Positions 13,476-27,498 of a stretch of 64,000 nt of DNA are shown piece by piece. Source of the stretch: Cyanophora paradoxa CCMP329 (Eukaryota > Plantae > Glaucophyta); the NCBI GenBank assembly GCA_004431415.1, contig QPMI01000401.1:62001-126000 (forward strand), read 5' to 3'. How positions within the stretch are numbered: the stretch's first letter is position 1; each line of letters starts with the position of its first letter. A model generated the notes under the pieces. That model made no database searches, was not told the DNA's origin, and saw only the letters and a program-made list of their open reading frames with translations. Both the position numbers and the translations under genes were made by a program.

Positions 13476-14259
13476 GCTTCTCCCGGCCCCCCTCCTCGCG
13501 GGCTGAGGGACGGGCGCAGGCCGCCGCCGCCGCGGGGCCGCCCCCGCCCCCGCCCCCGGATCCCCCCTTCCCCTCCCTCGACGAGAGTGCGTACCCCGGG
13601 CGCTCGAATGCAGCGGCGAGCGAGTCCCCCCCGCAGTTCTCGCTGGCGCCCCCATCCCCACCGCCGCGTGCCCTACCGGGGTACCCCCCGCGCCCCAGCA
13701 CGGGCACGAGTCTACCCCCGGTACCCATCCGAAGGCGAAGCCGGCGCACGCGCGGCCCCGGAGCGCAGGGGCGGTCCCGGCGGGGGGCGCGGGCCGCCGC
13801 CCCGCCAGCGCGAGCCCCGCGTCGCTCTCCGCCTCGTCCTCCCAGGGGCGCCTGTCCCGCGCCCAGCTGGAGGTAGCCCGCCCGGCCCGCAGCTCCGATT
13901 CCTCTGCGAGCGTCAGGACCCCGGTTCACTCGGCGTCCCCCTCGCAGGTCTTCCGCGCGCGATAGGGGCCGGTGTGGTCGGCGTCTGGCCGCGCGGCCCG
14001 GCACCGCGGCTTCCCCGGCCCGGCCGCTCATGTGAACTTAACTTATTGAGCTATGTAGCTATATATGGCCGCTCGAATGTGGCTATCTAGCTATATAGCG
14101 CACTTCAGACGCGGACGCCGACGGTCTAAAGCAGGCGCGCGGCCTGCGGGCGATCGGGTTTCATCGTATGCATGAGTTTCACGGCCGCGCACGAAGCGAG
14201 CTCTACCCCCCCTGGGTTTGGGTTTCGGCGAAGGCGCCGGCGCAGCCAGCAGGCGAAGC

Positions 14260-17200
14260 ATGTCGTCGGGAATCAAGAGCACCACGCTCTATGGCGGACG
14301 CGGGAAGCGCTCGAACGTCGTCGCGCGCGTCGCCTCGCGCGCCTGCCGAAGCGCGTACGAGGCGCGCCAGCCTGACGCTGCGGGCCTCGCGGGCGCTCAC
14401 TCTGGCCATCGATGCGATCTGCAGGTCTTCTTCGGCGGGATCTCTGTCCCGCATCCCTCCCGCGGCGTGCATCGCCTCCGCCTTCTTTCCCAAGGTCGAT
14501 CCGCGCCGCGCATCGCCTGGCGCTTCCCACGAGCTCACATGGAATCGATTTCGCAGCGCTGGAAGCTGTTTCCCTCTCGCTGCCTGCGCTAGCGTCCGAC
14601 GTCTTCGCGTTCGAATGGGGCCGCCAAATTTTTGACTCGGCGCTCTTCTGGCGCTCCGCGCATGAGAGCTGGGGCGCCGCGATCAGCATCTTCTGGACAT
14701 GTATCGCAGCGCTCTGCGCATCCTTCGTCGCCCTGGTTCGCGCGGCCATCGGGCGGCCGAACCTCCAATTTGATCCCAAGCTTCGCGCAGGTTCTTGTTG
14801 CCGGGGAGGAGCCTCGGCGGCTTGGTCTCGTTCTGTCTCGCGTTTTGTGAGTGCTGTCCGCCTCCGATCCGCGCCGATCGCGCTCGGTCTCTGACGGCGC
14901 CGCGCGAAGCCTCGCAGTCCTGCCCGCCGTGCTGCCTGCCGTCCTCGCCCGCCTAAGCGCTCTGTTCGTCTGCTCCGCGGCCGGAGATCGGCTCCTGCTG
15001 TACCCGACGCTGCCATGCTGGGGTCTTTTCTGCCCCGTGCCCCGCGCCGCCCGCTTCTCACTCGCTCCCCGCCTCGCTGCCGCCTTGTCCACAGGAAGGT
15101 TTGCAGTGGCCCCCGGACAGTGCTACTCTTCTTTTCACTGATCGCCGCTTTCTCCCTTTCCAGCCAACAGGTCCCCCTCGCCGTCTTCGCGATCATAGGC
15201 ATCGCGTACGCCAGCCTCGCCTACCTGCTCGCCAGCTTCTGGTGCGCGCCCCGCCGCCGAGACTCTCCTTTCTATCCTCACCGGGAATCCCTTCCAGGTT
15301 CCTGGAGAGCGCGCGGGCGCACGAGTTCCGGGCAGAACGGCTGGCGAGCCAAGTCCGCTGGTGGCCCCGCGTGCGTTGCGCCCTTCGACCCGCCTGCGCC
15401 TTCCGCTCTAACGGAACACGCAGCTTGCTCTGGCGACGGCGCGGCTGGCGCTGCTCCTCGCACGGCTGCTGGCGCCGGAGCGCGACCTGCCGACGGTCGC
15501 CCTCCAGCTCGCCGCCGCCTGCGCCCTCCTCGCAACGTTCCTCCGCTGGCCCGCCCGCCCGCCCGCTCGCCCGCCCGCCTGGGCCGCGCGCCCCGCCCGG
15601 CTCGCTTTGTCCGACTGTACCCCGCCCAGGATGCCCTGTCTCACGCTCGAGGCGAACGCGGCGGCGATCGGGAGCTGCATCCTCTCCCTCGCCACCGCCG
15701 CCCTCGCCGCCGCCGGCGCCGCCCGCCCGCGTCTCTGGACCCCCGCCCGCTTCTTCCCGGCGCTCGTCGCCTGCCTCGCCGGCTCGGCCGCGCTGGGGTA
15801 CGCCTCCGCCTACCTCCGCGCCCGGCGCGCGCGCTCGGCCGGGCGCCCCGCCGGCCCTGCGGTCGCCGAGCTCTCCTGCCGAACCCTCCTCTGGTCGGCC
15901 GAGGTACCCCGTGCCCGACGCGATTGCCGCGAGCCACGTACCCGTCCAACTTGTTCCCTGTGCAGAAACGCGGTCCCGAGGCGCTGGAGTCTTCAATCCG
16001 GCGCGCCGACGACCTTCTCCAGGCGCGAAGCGCGCGTACCCGCCCCTGGCCGCCGCCCGCCCGACGCACGTACCCCCCCACAGGAGGCCGGGGCGCGGTG
16101 GCCCGCGTCAGCGTTCCTCGCCGCCCGCTACGTCGATTTTCTCCAGGCTCGTACCCCCCTCCTCTTCTCCCCCCCTCGAGCTCCCCGCCCGCCTCACGCG
16201 GGTCCGCAGAACGTCTCGCTGCAGTCCGCCCACGCCCTTGGAACCCTCCAGCAGCTCGAGCGGCGCAAGGCGCGTACCCCGCACCCCCCGTCCCCTCCCT
16301 GTACCCTCGTGCTGCTGAGCCGGGCGAGCGCAGCTGGGCTTTCTGGACGTAGACGTGGCCTTCTACAGATACGCCCTCGACCGCTCCCGCCGCGAGCGCA
16401 TGGTACCCCGCCGCCCTATCCCCCACTGCCATTCTCTGAGCGGCGCCGTCAGGTCGTCCGGGGAGAGGAGGGGGTAGACGTGCACAATGCCTTGCTGCTG
16501 ATCCGGCGGCACGAGATCGAGGCCCAGGTCAAGGTACTTCCCCGGCACCTCGCCTCCCCCTCCGGCCGCCACTTACGCCCGCCCCGCGCCAGTCGCTGGC
16601 GTTCTGGGCCCGCCTCCAGTCCACGGACGCAGGGGTACCCCTCTCCGCCCATTGCTTCCGTACCCCCGCCCCGCTCATTCTCCCCAGGTCCTGGACGAGC
16701 TTCCTGCACGCGTCGCATCCATCGAGCGCGCCAAGCAGCGCGCCGAGAAGTGAGTCAAGGCACCGTTCACCGTACCCCCCGCGCCTCGCCTCATCGGTAC
16801 CCCCTACAGGCTCTACCGCGCCCTGCTCAAGGAGGCCCCGAACTCCATCCGCGCCCACCAGGCGCGCTGTACCCCTCCTAGGGCGACGCTCCGTTTACCC
16901 CAATCCCCTCTTACGCCCCGCAGGCGTACGCGATGTTCGCGCTGCACCACCTGCAGGACCCCGAGCGGGCCGCCGAGGCGCGCCCGCCCCGCGCCGGCCC
17001 CGCCTTGGCAAAGCCTAACGGGCGCGGCAGATCGCGGAGAAGGCGGAGCGGCTGCAGGAGCGGCGGCGCTCGCGGACGCTGGACGCCGCCGACGTCGCTC
17101 GCGCCATCGCCGGCGGGCGCCGCGCCCGCGGCCGCCCCGCCGGCGCCGGCGCCACCGGAGGACGAGGCGGAGGCGAGAGAGGCGCCTCGGGCCCGGAGGG

Positions 17201-20200
17201 CCAGCACTCGTCCCCCGAAGCCTTCCCGCAGCCGGCGCCGCCACCGGCGCCCGGCGCCGGCCTCTCCGCCACGCGCCGCTCGTCGCTCCCGGCGACGATG
17301 GCGATCGACGGCTTCCCGCGCCAGCACTGGTTCCCGATCGGGGGGCAGACGCCCCTGCCCGTCACCACGTCGCCCTCCACCAGCTCCCCCGCCGTCGCAT
17401 CCCCGCTCGGCGCCGTCGTCTCGCTGGACTCGCCCATGGCGGGCGGCGCCGCCGGCCGGCCGCGCTCCCGCACCCGCCTCCGCCGCTCTTCCTCTCTCGT
17501 CTCGTTCTCGCCGCAGCCCTCCGCCGCGCCCGCACCTTCGCCGGCCGTCGTCGTGCACGCGCCGACGGCCGCCGCGGCGCGGCCGCCGCTGCAGCAGCAG
17601 CGGCGCCCGTCGCTGGTGCACCGGCGGCCGTTCCCGGCCCCGCGCGACTCGCCTGTGGCGCTCGGCCTCCTCGCGCCCCGCCGCCCCAGCGCCGCCTCCT
17701 CCTCCGCCTCGGCCCCCGCCGCGCCCACTGCGGCATCGTCGGTCGCCCGGGCGCGGGCGCCGCCGCCCGCGCGGGCGGGGACGCCGGGGCCCGGGGGCGA
17801 CGGGGCGGCGGCCGGGGGGGAGGAGGCCGCCTCGGGGGACGTCGAAACAGTGGGCGGCCTCTCCTCCGACATCCGGTGCGCGTACCCCCCTCACCTACCC
17901 GCTCAGGTGAGCTTCCACCCGCTCAGACGAGCCCCTCCGGCGCAGGTCGATGGCGGCGTCGCCGGAGTGGGCCCACAAGCGCGTCCTCGCCGAGCGCCTC
18001 ACCGCCGCCAACCGGTCCGCACTCCGAACGCGCACCGACGCCTGAGCAGGAGCCCTGCGCAGCTAGGGCCTCCGCCACGTCTGCTAGGGACTTAGACTCG
18101 CCGCCCTCGCCCCGCCCCGCCGCCTCTCGTGAGAGGGCGCAGGCGCTCGTTCATGGTGCTGTACGGGGCGCTGGCGGTGGCGCTGCTGCTGCTGCTGGCG
18201 TCGGCCTCCGTCTCCTACGGGCTCACGCGGGAGGCCCTCGCCACCTTCGCCGCCCGCGTCGACGCCGTCTTCGACGCCAACCGGTGCGCGACGTTCTCAG
18301 AGAGGCGCAGGCGGGGGCTATCTAAATGCGACCTGCATGTGCCACTTGGTCGCCCGGCTGACCTGCAGCCCGCCCCGCCCCGCCCCGCCCCGCCCCGCCC
18401 CGTAGCCGAAGCATCATGTGCATCGGGGTGCAGGCGCACCGCATGCGCCTCGCGGCGGCGCCGCCCGTGGCCGGCATGCCGCCCTTTGAGTTCCAGGAGG
18501 CCCGCACGGAGCTCGCGCGCTGCGCGGCGGCCCTCGAGGCCTCTGTCGAGCGCCTCTTCTACGAGCGCGGCGGAACCGACACCGTCCCCGCCCGGTCCGC
18601 GCCCCGCCCGGCCCACCTGAAGCTCTTTCTGATTTTGTTGGGGCGCAGGGAGCTGTGGGAGGCGCAGCTCGTCGTCGTGACGCACCTGCCCCCGCCCATC
18701 GCCCGCACCGCCGAGCGATCCGTGCGCCCCGCCGGCGCCGCCGGCCCCGCCGGCTCTGCGGCTTGGCCGCCTGCCCCCTCCGACGCACGCGCGGCCGGGC
18801 GCAGGTCTCTCTCCTCGCCGCCGTCACGGGCCTTGTCTCGGCCGCCAAGGCCCGCCCCCAAACCCTTTGCCGCGGCCCTCCAGCGCCTCCGACGCAGTCG
18901 CCCGCCTCCGGCGCGTCCGCAGGCGCTGCTGAGGCGCGCGGAGAGCTACTTCGCGCTGCCGTCGGAGGTGCTCCTCGAGGACCCCGACTCGTTCTTCATC
19001 GTCTACAACGCGTGCGCCGCCCTAGAAACAAGGCAAAGACGCGAGGGCGGCCCGAGCGACTCGTCTCACCTCCGCGTCTGCCCGTGCGCGGCGCGTCGCG
19101 GCGCAGGCGGCCGGTGGCGGAGGCGTACGGGCGCCTTGTGACCGCCTTCTTCGACGACACGGAGGCTTCCCTCCGGTCCGCCCCCCCACCCCTTCCTTCC
19201 CGCCCGGCGGACGGGACGGGCCCGCCTTGCTGAGCCCGCTCGGACGCGCGTACGCAGGAGGATGCGCGCCGCCGCGATTGCGGTCCTCGCCGCCTGCCTC
19301 GCCACGGTCCGCTCCCCCCGCGCCCTTGGCTGGCGGCTGCGCACGGCGGCTTCTGTAGTCCCAACGCATCCCCCGCGCAGTCGGTGCTGGCTGCGCTGCT
19401 GCTGCTGCTGCCGGCGCTGCGCGCCCTCCTCCGCCGCCGCCGCTCCGTCCTCGCTCTCTTCCTCCAGGCCCGCCCCCGCCCTCGTTCTGCCCGCCCCGCC
19501 CCGCCCCGCCCGCTCGCCCGGTCGCTGGGGGCGCTGACGTGGCGCCGCGCGGCGCCGCCCCCGCCTCCAGATCCCGAAGAGCGTCGTTCGCGAGGTCGTC
19601 GCCGCCGCGGAGGCCGACCTCGCCCGCCGCCTCCCCGCCCCGCCCGGGCCTCTACCTGGCGGACTCGCAGCCGGGGGCCGTGGCGCTGGCGCCCGCGCGT
19701 ACGAGTCTGCGGAGACAGATGAGGGCGACGAGGAGGAGGAGGAGGAGGAGGACAAAGAGGAGGGGGAGGTTGGAGGGGGCGGGGGCGACGCCGCCTCGCG
19801 GCGCCTCTCCTCCAGGTGCCCCGCGCGGCCGGCCGATCGTTCCCCGCGCGCCTCCCGCGGGCCCCGCCGACCTGACCTGCGCCGCCCGCCCCCGCCGACG
19901 AACGCAGCCGGTACTCGCTCTCGGAGCCCGAGACGCGGGACGAGCGCTCGGCTCTCCTCTCCCACCTCGTGCGCCCCGCCCGCGAAGTCGCCGCGCTTCT
20001 TCGAGATGAGCGCTGGGGCGGGCGTGGGGGCGGCAGGTGGAGGTCCGCCTCCGCTCCGACCGCGTCAAGGTGCCCCCGCCCCGCCCCGCCCCGCCTGATA
20101 GATATCCCTTCCTCAAGGCCTCGCCTGACCTGACCCTCGCTCTCGCCCCCCGCGCTGCGCGCCGCGCTGGCAGCACCGCACGAACCGCGCAGTGGGCGCC

Positions 20201-23200
20201 CTCCTCCTCCGCGTCGCCGTCGGCTTCGCAGTCTTCGCCGCCTTCCCCGCCGCCATGTCCGCCCGCGATCGCGAGCCGCCCCGCCCCGCCCAACGCCTCC
20301 CATCGCCGGCCCACGCACGCCGCGGCAGCTTCGGTGCGTGCGTGGCGTTCGTGCGGCAGGCGGCCGCGCAGGTCGTGCTCGCCCGCGCCGCCCTCACCGT
20401 CCTCTATATACCCATCCTCGTGGCCCGTACCCCCCGCCGTTTGCTACCCCCCTCGTTTTTGAACCCTCGCGCAGTCCCTCCTGGCCCAGCGCTTCGCCAA
20501 CATCATCCCGGTGCTGTACCCCGGCGGCCTGCCCGAGGTGCGCGCGCCCCTCGCGCGATGCTTCCTTCCCCCGTTTCGAACGCTACGGTACCCCCCGCAG
20601 GTCCAGGGCCTGCTCTCGGGAGCAATGGCGGCCCTCGATTCGAAGTGGACGGCCCTCCGCAGCGACGCGCGTTGTACCCCCATTCGCACTCCTCTATCTA
20701 ACTCCTCATTCCGCGCAGGAAGGGAGCGGGTCGGACGCGCGGGGTACCGTCAACGGCATCGGCTACGAGCTCGGCGAGCAGCGGGCGCGCCGTACTCTTA
20801 TCCTAACCGGTCGGCGCGTCTCATTTTCGTACCCCCTCTCCAGGTTCGCCTCACGATGGCCGCGACTGCACTGCTGGCTCCCGGCATCGACCCTTCGCTG
20901 GTGCCGTACCCCCCTCGCGACCCCTCGCGTCCCTCGCTTCATCCCCCCTTGCCCCGCAGGCCGTCGCATCGGGGGCCGTCGCGGCGGCCGTCGCAGCCGC
21001 CGACCGCGTGCGTACCCCCTGTCCCCTGTTTCCCGTACCCTCTTTACCCCCGCCCGCAGGTTGCGGAGGGAGTGGAGGCGGTCCTGGAGGCCCTCCGTGC
21101 CCGCACAGACGGCGACGTCGCCTCCGCGGGTACGGCTTTTGCCGAGAGCTTGGCGGGCGGCCTGATCGATCCCGTACCCCCAGCCGCCCTCGTCTCCATC
21201 CTCTTCGGCGTCTCCGTACCCCTCCTCGCCATCATCGTCGCCCTGCTCATCCTCCCTGGTACCCCTCCCCACCCCGAGCCAAGCCTTTCATCGTTTCTCA
21301 TACCCCCCAGGGACCCGAAACTTGTACCGGGACCTGCAAGGGGACGCCGCCCTCCTCCTTATGATCCCCTCCGAGGCCCGCCGTACCCCGCGCGCCCCCC
21401 TGTACCCCCCAGACCCTCCTCCAGGTCGCCTCCCGCGTCCCCGTCGTGCGGCAGTTCATGGAGGTCGGCGGGACCCGTACCCCCCTTCCGCTCCTTCCCC
21501 CCTAAGCTCCTTTCACCCCCCAGGTTGGCCTCCCCGCGGCGAGCGACGTCGGGGCGCTGCTGGCGCGTACCCAGGAGACCAACCGCTCCATCCTCGAGGC
21601 CGCCATGGTACCCCCCGCCATCCCTTCCCCGCCCCTCTCGCACCTTTCGACCGGGGGTACAGGACGCCATCGTCGTCGCGGACGAGGAAGGCGTCATCCA
21701 GGCCCGCACCTCTCGACTCCCTCCCTCTACCCCCCCCCCCCCCCCCCCGGAGCTTACGTCCTTGCCTCAGAGCGCGAACCCGGCGGCGGTCGCTATGTTC
21801 GGGTACCGCCCCGACGAGATGGCAGGGGTACCCCTCTGATTCCCCTCTTGGCCCCTGACTTCCCTCCGCCTCATCCCTGCGCCCCCCTCAGCTTAAGGTA
21901 TCGGCGCTGGTGAAGGAGCCGCCCGCCACGCCGGCGCCGGTACCCCCCGCGGGCCTGCTCTCCCCCCAGCGCCTTCCTGGCCTCCTCCGCTCCGCCGTCT
22001 CCTCCCGCCGCGAGAGCGCCTCGACCTCGACGGGCGCGCCGTACCCCCGCGCGACCCTCCCGTACCCCACTGACGTTCCAACTCCATCCCCCCCCCCCCC
22101 CCCCCCCCCCCGTCCTTCCTCTTTCCAGCGGGCGACGGCTCTCGGCGGAGCAGCTGCGCGGCGCACGGGACAGCGGGCGCGGGAAGGGGCGGCGCGAGCT
22201 CCACCGCGACGCCCGTGCCGCCGCCTCCTTCGTCGGCAGCGCCCCCTGGCCCCGGCGCCGCCCCCGCCCCCGCCCACTCCGACCGGGTGCGCACGCAGTC
22301 CCCTCTCTTATTCGCGATCTCCCTCTCTTTGACAGCCTCGCGAGCAGCCGTGCGAGGGCCTGCGGCGGACGGGAGAGGTCTTCCCGGCGGTCATGACCGT
22401 CGGCCGCGGCACCGCCGCCGGCCGGTGCGAACGTGCCGCGCCTAGCGCAGCGCATGCGCGGGGGGTGCTAGATCTAGAATTCCCCTCTAGAATTCCCCGC
22501 CCCACCCCGCCCTGCCCCGCCCCGGCCCATGCATGCGCGGCGGGGCCCTCACGCGGGGCGGGCGGGGCCGGGCCCCTCGGCAGGCCCTTCTTCGTGTACA
22601 CGTTCCGAGACGTGACGGAGCGCGTCGAGCGCGAGCGCCAGCTCCGCGCCGAGCAGGCGAGCGAGAGCCCGCCCCCCCCCTCCCCCCCCCTCCTCTTCCC
22701 TTCCTCCCCTAGCGCCTCGAGGTCCTAAGATAGGAGTCCGCCGACCCGCCGTGCAGGCGAGCTCAAGCCCGCCCCCTTCCCTCCTTCCACTCCTAGCCTC
22801 TTCCCCCTCACCCTCTCCCTCCTCTCCCCCACTTCTCTTCCCTGAGTGGGCTCCCTCCTCTTCCCTCTCTCCCTCTTCCTCCTCTCCCCGCTCCCTCCCC
22901 GCTGAGGCGGCGCGCAGGAGAAGAGCGAGCGGCTGCTGGGCGGCGTCCTGCCCCCCGACGTCGCCGCCCGCCTCAAGGTGCACCACACCCCGCCCCGCCC
23001 CGCCCCACCTTCTCCTTCGCTCTACCCCGCCCCGCCAGGCCCCTCCGACGTGAGTGAGAGGCCGCTGACGCCGCGTATCCCCTCGGCAGGCGGGGGAGGC
23101 CCCCATCGCCGACCTCCTCGAGGACGGTGCCGTACCCCTCCCGCCTTCCCCCCCCCCCACCTCATTCCTTCGCTTCAGCCTCACTCTGCTTCATCGACAT

Positions 23201-24852
23201 GGTCCCTTCTCGTACCTCCCGCCACGCGTCCCTTCGTTCTCACATGCGCGCCGCGCCGGCGGCCAGGTCAACTTCACGCGCGTCTCGAGCGGGATGAGCC
23301 CCCAGGAGACCGTTCGCCCTCCTCTCACCTTTGTACGACCCAGGCCCCCGCCCCCTCATCCCCGCACCCTCCAGGTTGCGATGCTGTCGGACGTCTTCTC
23401 GTTCTTCGACCGCGTCAACGACCGGCCCGAGTACCGCCTCGACCTCGCGCGTACCCGGGGCCCCGTTCTCCCCCCCTCCCGCCCCCCGACTCACATTTCG
23501 TTGTCAGATCAAATTCGTCGGCGATGCCGCCTTCTTCTTCACGTGCGCCCGTACCCGCCGGGAGTCCTCCCGTACCCCTCCATTCCCCGATCCGTTCTCG
23601 CAGGACGAAGCCGGCGGGTACAATGGTGGCGTTCGCGCTCGACATCCTCGCCGAGGCCCCGCCGGTACCCCTCGTCGCCATCTCCCCCCATTCCTTCATC
23701 CGCCCTCCCTGAGAATTCTTTTCGCCCGTCCAGGTGCTGCGGCGGTACAGCCCGGAGCTCGCGCTGCGGGTGGGGATCAACACCGGCATCGTCGTCGGCG
23801 GCGTCATCAACACCCGCAAGATCTCCTGGGACGTGCGCCCGTACCCCCCCCTTTCCCCCGCCGGGAAGCTTCTGCCGGCGCTGCTCGCCGGGCTGACCGT
23901 CTCCCGGCGGGGCGCAGATCTTCGGCGACGGTTCGAATCCCTGAGTATTCGTTTTCGTTGTCTTATACCCCCCCTTCTTGCCCGCAGCGGTCAACGTGGC
24001 CGCGCGCATGGTACCCCCTCTTTTGTGTGCCTACCCTTGCCATCCCCCGCTGACCGTCCCCGCCGCAGGAGAGGTCCAATACTTCCTAGTACCCCCAGCC
24101 CCCGCGGCTCGTCTTTACACTCCCTCCGCAGCACTGGCGTCCCCGGTCGGGTCCAGGTCTCTCTTAATACCTACGAGGTGCCTTACCCCCCTTTCGCGCT
24201 CGGCGTATCCCTCTCCAACTTGCTTTACCCCTCCCAGCGGGTCAAGTATCGCTTCGTGTGCGAGCCGCGGACTGTAGACGTGAAGGGCAAGGTGCGCTTA
24301 CCTCCCTGGGGCGACCCTTCCTGCAACTCCTCACGGGGGTACACAGGGCACGCTCTCGGCCTTCCTCGTCGTGGGCCGTAGCCCCCGCGCGGTTCATTCA
24401 TCCCCCTCCATTCCTCCCCCTCCCCTCTTCTTTCCCCGGTCGGATTCGAACTCGCCCTGCAGCCGAGCGCGGCGGCGGCGGGCGCCCTGGCGACGCCGAG
24501 CCCGCCGGTACCCCAGCACGAGGGGGAGGCGGGCGGCCCGTACCCCCACGGGCTCAGCTTCGCGCGGCCCGTCCCGCGCCGCGCCGCCTCCGGCCCGCCC
24601 GGGCCGGCCGCCCCGCCGGCGTTCCAGTGGACGCCCCTGCCCCCCATGCCGCCCTCCCCCCCATGCTCCTCTCCCAGCGCGTCGCCGGTACCCCCGCCGG
24701 CCCGCGATCGCGATTGCGAGCGTGAGCGCGCGGAGGGGACGGAGGGGCCGGGCCCGGGCGCGTGGATCCGGACGCTGGCGGCGTCGCCGACGCTGCGGCC
24801 GCCGGCCGGGGACGCCCCGGAGCGCAAGCGGTCCAAGGACGCCGAGGAGTAG
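14260..24852 (+). CDS. Large multi-pass membrane PAS-domain class III adenylyl cyclase, many short introns (5' part could be a separate gene)
   Basis: PAS: NRSILEAAM-DAIVVADEEGVIQ-SANPAAVAMFGYRPDEMAG; linker FRDVTERVERERQLRAEQ-EKSERLLGGVLPPDVAARLK; cyclase FIDM-VNFT, IKFVGDA, LRVGINTGIVVGGVINTRKISWD-IFGD-AVNVAARM, STGVPGRVQVS, VDVKGK; Lys/Asp specificity residues indicate ATP. Confidence 0.8.
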
Positions 24853-25146
24853 CGGTATACGTAGAGTAGCTAGCGCTGGCGGTAGCGCACCCAGGGCCGG
24901 AGCTCGAGGAAGGGACGGCGGCGCAGGAATTTTGCAAGGCAAGTTTTGCACAGAAATTTTGCACAGGACTAGGCAGTGGAGAACAATTTACATAGGCGAC
25001 CCAAAAGAAGCGCCATGGGCGAAGCACGCAAACATCATGGCTCGTATTTGCGCGGCGGCGGCTCCGCGGGCGCCGGGGAAGAATCTCTAGCAAATCAAAC
25101 CAATCAAAGCGGAGCAGGCCGGGGCGGGGGCGGGCGGCGGGGCCGG

Positions 25147-27498
25147 CTAGCGGGCGACGATGGTGGAGAGGCGGGCGGCGAAGGCGGCGAGGGAGAACTT
25201 CTCCGCCACGTGCCGCCGCGCCTGCCGCGCCGGCCCTCAGCGCCCGGCCCGGAGGCGACCCGCTAGGTCTTCCTGGGCGGGCAAGGGACCCCAGGGCCCT
25301 GGACCTAGCCTGCAGCTTCTAGAGCGCCCGGCCCGGGGCGAGGCGGGCGGGCCCTCAGCGCCCGGCCCGGGGCGAGGCGCGGGGCGACCGGCTCCTAGTA
25401 GAGGCGGACACTCTGGATCGCCTAGACCTCCCTGGGCGTGCGAGGGACCCCAGGGCCCTGACCTAGCCTCCAGCTTCTAGAAACGAGGAGGCGTGGTCTA
25501 GAGGAGGCGGGGCGGGGCGGGGCGGGGCGGGGCGGGGCGGGGCGCGCCTTGTCGCCCATCTCGCGGGCGCGGGCGGGGCTGCCGAGGAGCTCCGCGAGGG
25601 CCCCCGCCCACGCCTCCGCCCGCCCCTCCAGCAGGTACCCCGTACCCCCGTGCACCACTGCGTGAGGGGTACACTGCGGTCAGGCGCGGGACGGGCGGCG
25701 GCGGCTCGAAGGAAAGCGCAACGCGTACCGGACTCGCGGGGGCCGCCGCTGTCGGCCGCGAGCACGGGCTTCCCTGCGTTCATGCACCTGAGGCAGGGGG
25801 GCGTCAGGGAGGGGGGGAGGAGGGCAGGGGGGTACAGGGCCCGCACTCGATGGGCACGATGCCGAAGTGCTCGTTCTCGGGGGTGTACAGGACGCACTCG
25901 CAGGCCCCCAGCAGGTACCTGCCGCCGCCGAACAGTTCAGCAAGGGCAGCGAACGGAGGAGTAAACGCGTACCCCTTCTCGGCCTCGGTGCAGGCGGGGG
26001 CGAAGACGACGCGGTCGGCGGGGAGAGAGAGGGCGGCCGCCCGCGCGCGAAGCTCCTCCAGGTACTCGCTGTTCTCCGCCACGCGCTTGTCGTACCCCCC
26101 TGCCGCCCCCGTCGCGCCCGCCCCTGCGGCCGAACCGACCCGGCGCGGCCCCGCGCACCGGCGATGACGAGCTTGACGGGCGGCAGCTTCTTGCCCGTCT
26201 TCAGGAGCGCCGCGAACGCTTCCAGCGCCATCTGCGTGTGACGGGGGGCACGTCAGAGGCAGAAGGAGGGGGTGGGTACGGTGCACCTCGACGCGCTTCT
26301 TGCGCTCGAAGCGGTTGAGGGAGAGGAGGAACGGCGGCCCGGGGAGCCTGCCACCGGGTTTCAGGGGAGGAGGGGGTACAGTTGCGGGAGCGGGGGTACG
26401 GCGGACCGGTCCGTCGGGGGCGTCGATGGCGGCTTGGCCCTCACGGACGTGTCGATGGCGGGGTACAGGACCTTCGCGGGCTGCATGGGCGGGGTACGCG
26501 AGTGCGGGGACGGGCGCGGACCTCAAGGTTCGTCCGAGCGAGGCGCGGGAATGCGTCCCGGGTGATCGTTCTCGTGAACTGGCGGGACGGGTCGGCCGGG
26601 GTACGGATTTCTAAGGGAAGGGGGGACGCTCACCTCGCTGTTCACAACGACTGCGTGGGCGGATGCTGTGGGGGGGAGGGAGGGCGACTGTCAGGACGAG
26701 GCAGGGGCGGCGGGGGCGCCGGGCGCCGGCGCGCCCGTCGTGATCTCCTCGAGGAAGTCGAAGGGCCAGCGGTAGACCCGCTTCAGGAGCGAGGGCCTGC
26801 CGCGGCCGATGGGCCGGAGGGGAGGGGTACGGCGCTCCTAAGGGAAACGCACCGCGCGGAGAGGAGCTTGTCGGGGAAGTGGCAGTAGAAGACGACCTGG
26901 GGGCCCCCCGGTCGGCGAGAGCGCGGGCAGGGCGGGCGCGGGCGGCGCGCCGCGGCGCGCCTTGCACTTGGAGAGCTTGAGCATCGGGACAACGGCGGAG
27001 ACTTGGTCGCAGAAGACGGTGCGCGGGCGGAAGGGCCGCCCCGGCTCCGCCTTGAGCGGGGGCCAGCCGGCGACGGAGCGCCACAGGACGACCAGCGAGA
27101 CGAAGCACATGCGAAGGATGGCGAAGAGGATGTGGAGGCGGCGGAAGAGGTGCCGCGGGATCCAGTCGCCGAACACCTCGACTTCGAGCGTCCCTGCGTC
27201 GCGTGGGCGGGCCGCGTATGGTGCCGCAGGCGAGGCTAGCGCTGCTGCACCGTCCGCTGTCTCGGCGAAGCAGCGCCGCGGGTCATGGTGGGCGGTGAGG
27301 AAGCGGACGCGGTGCCCGAGCCGCTGGAGCCCGAGCGCGGCGTCCACGACGAGCCGCTCTGCCGTCCAGATCGGCTGTGAGCGCACGGCGCGCACGCCGG
27401 ACCGCTGGCGCCGGGCTCAAACCTGCTCCACCGATGCCCAGGTCCGGGTGCACGAACACGACGTCCACGGGCTCGCTCTTCTCCTTTGTTCGACCCAT
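25147..27498 (-). CDS. ALG2: Alpha-1,3/1,6-mannosyltransferase ALG2, multi-exon
   Basis: [91 protein letters not shown]. Confidence 0.93.
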
